Positions 42,249 to 44,137 of a stretch of DNA of 44,137 nt are shown here, in pieces; within the stretch, counting starts at the first letter, position 1; every line of letters starts with the position of its first letter. The notes under the pieces were generated by a model. That model made no database searches, was not told the origin of the DNA, and was given only the letters and a program-made list of their open reading frames with translations. Source of the DNA: Deltaproteobacteria bacterium (GTDB taxonomy: Bacteria; Desulfobacterota; UBA8473); contig QZJR01000098.1 of the NCBI GenBank assembly GCA_003599365.1, positions 1-44,137 of the forward strand. The letters run 5' to 3'. The position numbers were made by a program, and so were the translations under genes.

Positions 42249-44119
42249 TAAAATACCCTGCCCATTCTTTCCGACAGGTCGGATTCCTTCAACCGCACCG
42301 AAGAAAAACGACTGAGTATGTCATTACCCTTCTGAATCCTTTTTAGCGCATCCACGGATTCTTTACCCTGTGAAAGCATTGAAATTCTATAAAGTGCCCA
42401 CTTGATGTCATCATCTGCAATTCCCGGGGCTGTTGGCTGTATCGAAATAAGGGTTCGATAATATTTAAGGGCATCTGATTTTTTTCCCATATTGTAAAGG
42501 GTATCAGCCAACCTTATATATAGACTTGACGGTCCCCCTAACCTGTTCAATGCCTTTTCATAAAAATCCAATGCCTTTCGGGTATTATTTGTTAAACCCA
42601 ATAAATCTGAAAGCAAAACGATATCTTCCTGTTTTACATCTTTAATGGAAAGAATTGATTCGGCAGCTTTTTGATATTTGGCATCCACAAGATGTATCTT
42701 AGCTTTGATACGGAGGACATCGTCATTATTGCCCTTTATCCAGTGTCGGAGCGACTCGATTCCGAGAAGGTATCTTGCTGCACTTGCTGCATCTCCAATA
42801 TCTGCGTAAAACTCTGCAAGAGATAGCCGGCTCTGTGCCTTTGCATCATCTGAACCATATTTTGAAAGCCATATACAGACATCAAGAAATGGTTTTCCCG
42901 AATGCCTTAATCCCTTTGCTATCTTTAAAAGGGATTGAGACCGTGATGGTTCCAGCAGCCAGTATCCAACAGCCCCCCAGAGTTTCAAAAAACCTTCTGC
43001 ATCTCTGTCTTTTGTCTCCAGGATAATAGCCTCAAACTCATCAAGGGCACTTCTATCCGGAGAGCGTCTTAAGACTAATTCCTTCAATAATGAGATAGCC
43101 TGATCAACCTTACCTCCCTTTCTATAGAACTGGGATAGCATTAATATAGCTGCATCATAGTCTTTACCATAGGGATACTCATTCCTTATCTCTAAGAGCT
43201 TGGATTGTGCCAGATTCTGTCTTCCTGATTTCGCATATGCAGATGCGAGGTAAAGAAGCGCCCTGCGCCGTAATTGCCTATCAGATGACTGTAATGCTAA
43301 ATTAAAGTATTTAATGGCAACATCAAATTTTGCCTCTTCCATAACAATCAGACCAAGACTCATATCTGCCCTGTGTTTGAAGGAGGGGGTTTTTATGGAA
43401 TTAAGATAACCCTTTGCATCAGAGAATTTGCCTACCTGGCGGAGATTTTCACCGATATTATACAATGTATCCTCAGAAGACTTTAAATATCCGCTATCCC
43501 TTCCTATCATAGGCATATAGATATTGTATGCCTCCTTTATCCTTCCCATGGACTGGAGGGCATTTGCCTTTCTATACAATGCCTGAGATGAATTGCCTGC
43601 CTTCTCATAAGATACTATTGCCTCATTGAAGAAACCAAGTTTATAAAGAGAATCTCCAAGACCCAGATATGCCCTTGGGACATAATGAGAATCGGGAAAG
43701 ATTTTCAAAAACACCCTGAAACTCATTACTGCCTCAGAATAGCACCCCATTTTCAGATAAGCCTCTGCCCTCTCAAGCAAAATAAGCTCCTTCATTTCAC
43801 CCTGCTGAGAGTAAATATATGCCAGTCTGAAATGCTCTATGGAATCATGTTGCTTATCTGACAGTTCATTAGCCTTTGCATAAGCATAGTGGTAAAAAGA
43901 AAGCTCGCCGGTTGACGGTTTATACCCTGAAAGTATCTGTATAGCCTCTGCAGGTCTGTTTGAGCTTATAAATTCCATCGCCTTTTTGATATGCAATGAT
44001 TTGTCGGTATCGACTTGTACAGGGAAGATATTTTCAACGGGTTCTACATGGGTAGGAATAAGCAGTAAAATGGCAAACAGCAGCAATGTCTTTATCATCA
44101 TTCTATCTCGAATAGGCAA
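42248..44119 (-). CDS. secreted tetratricopeptide (TPR) repeat protein
   Basis: 623 aa. Signal-like N-terminus (MIKTLLLFAILLLIPTHV) and many TPR-like A/Y/L-rich 34-residue repeats. The stop overlaps the kinase start (TAATG). Confidence 0.8.
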   Translation of the reverse strand: MPIRDRMMIKTLLLFAILLLIPTHVEPVENIFPVQVDTDKSLHIKKAMEFISSNRPAEAIQILSGYKPSTGELSFYHYAYAKANELSDKQHDSIEHFRLAYIYSQQGEMKELILLERAEAYLKMGCYSEAVMSFRVFLKIFPDSHYVPRAYLGLGDSLYKLGFFNEAIVSYEKAGNSSQALYRKANALQSMGRIKEAYNIYMPMIGRDSGYLKSSEDTLYNIGENLRQVGKFSDAKGYLNSIKTPSFKHRADMSLGLIVMEEAKFDVAIKYFNLALQSSDRQLRRRALLYLASAYAKSGRQNLAQSKLLEIRNEYPYGKDYDAAILMLSQFYRKGGKVDQAISLLKELVLRRSPDRSALDEFEAIILETKDRDAEGFLKLWGAVGYWLLEPSRSQSLLKIAKGLRHSGKPFLDVCIWLSKYGSDDAKAQSRLSLAEFYADIGDAASAARYLLGIESLRHWIKGNNDDVLRIKAKIHLVDAKYQKAAESILSIKDVKQEDIVLLSDLLGLTNNTRKALDFYEKALNRLGGPSSLYIRLADTLYNMGKKSDALKYYRTLISIQPTAPGIADDDIKWALYRISMLSQGKESVDALKRIQKGNDILSRFSSVRLKESDLSERMGRVF

Positions 44120-44137
44120 AGGCTTGTGGTTTGAATT

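Overview
This window is almost entirely a flagellar and chemotaxis supercluster from an AT-rich bacterium. I cannot assign a taxon from the sequence alone.

Gene content, left to right:
- Plus strand, 3-7300: a che operon, mcp (5' partial)-cheR-cheD-cheY-cheX-cheB-cheA.
- Minus strand, 7308-19232: fliL-fliM-fliN-fliO-fliP-fliQ-fliR-flhB-flhA-flhF-flhG-fliA-cheY-cheZ, plus a small HTH gene.
- Plus strand, 19519-29483: an operon headed by a near-consensus sigma-28 promoter. It encodes a small ORF, a REC protein, a REC-GAF-HD-GYP protein, a PilZ protein, MotA/MotB set 1, a hybrid-like sensor kinase, MotA/MotB set 2, a periplasmic vWA protein and a TM coiled-coil protein.
- Minus strand, 29570-39487: flgB-flgC-fliE-fliF-fliG-fliH-fliI-fliJ-motE/ylxF-like-fliK-flgD-flgE.
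- Minus strand, 39727-44119: a secreted TPR protein, a PAS histidine kinase and a sigma-54-dependent NtrC-family regulator.

No flagellin, cheW, tRNA, rRNA, CRISPR array or transposase gene is visible.

Main observations outside the standard gene calls:
1. Nearly every intergenic gap, and three coding regions (flhF, the flhB 3' end and fliK), carries modular hairpin or MITE-like repeats. These are built from tandem hepta- or octanucleotides and bounded by a GTAACTACTCAGG terminal inverted repeat. They include a nested copy and an in-frame insertion with a target-site-like duplication.
2. G8/G8/G9 homopolymers sit in the sigma-28 operon. Two lie exactly at ORF junctions, where a single-base slip would fuse REC, REC-GAF-HD-GYP and PilZ into longer proteins.
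3. A c-di-GMP / PilZ / dual-stator / vWA gene neighbourhood may act as a stator-control module.
4. CheA carries a tandem MshEN-like motif where the P2 domain normally sits.
5. The fliK-like gene has a tandemly duplicated C-terminal domain.

All functional calls rest on motifs I recognised by eye in the supplied translations. No database search was run.
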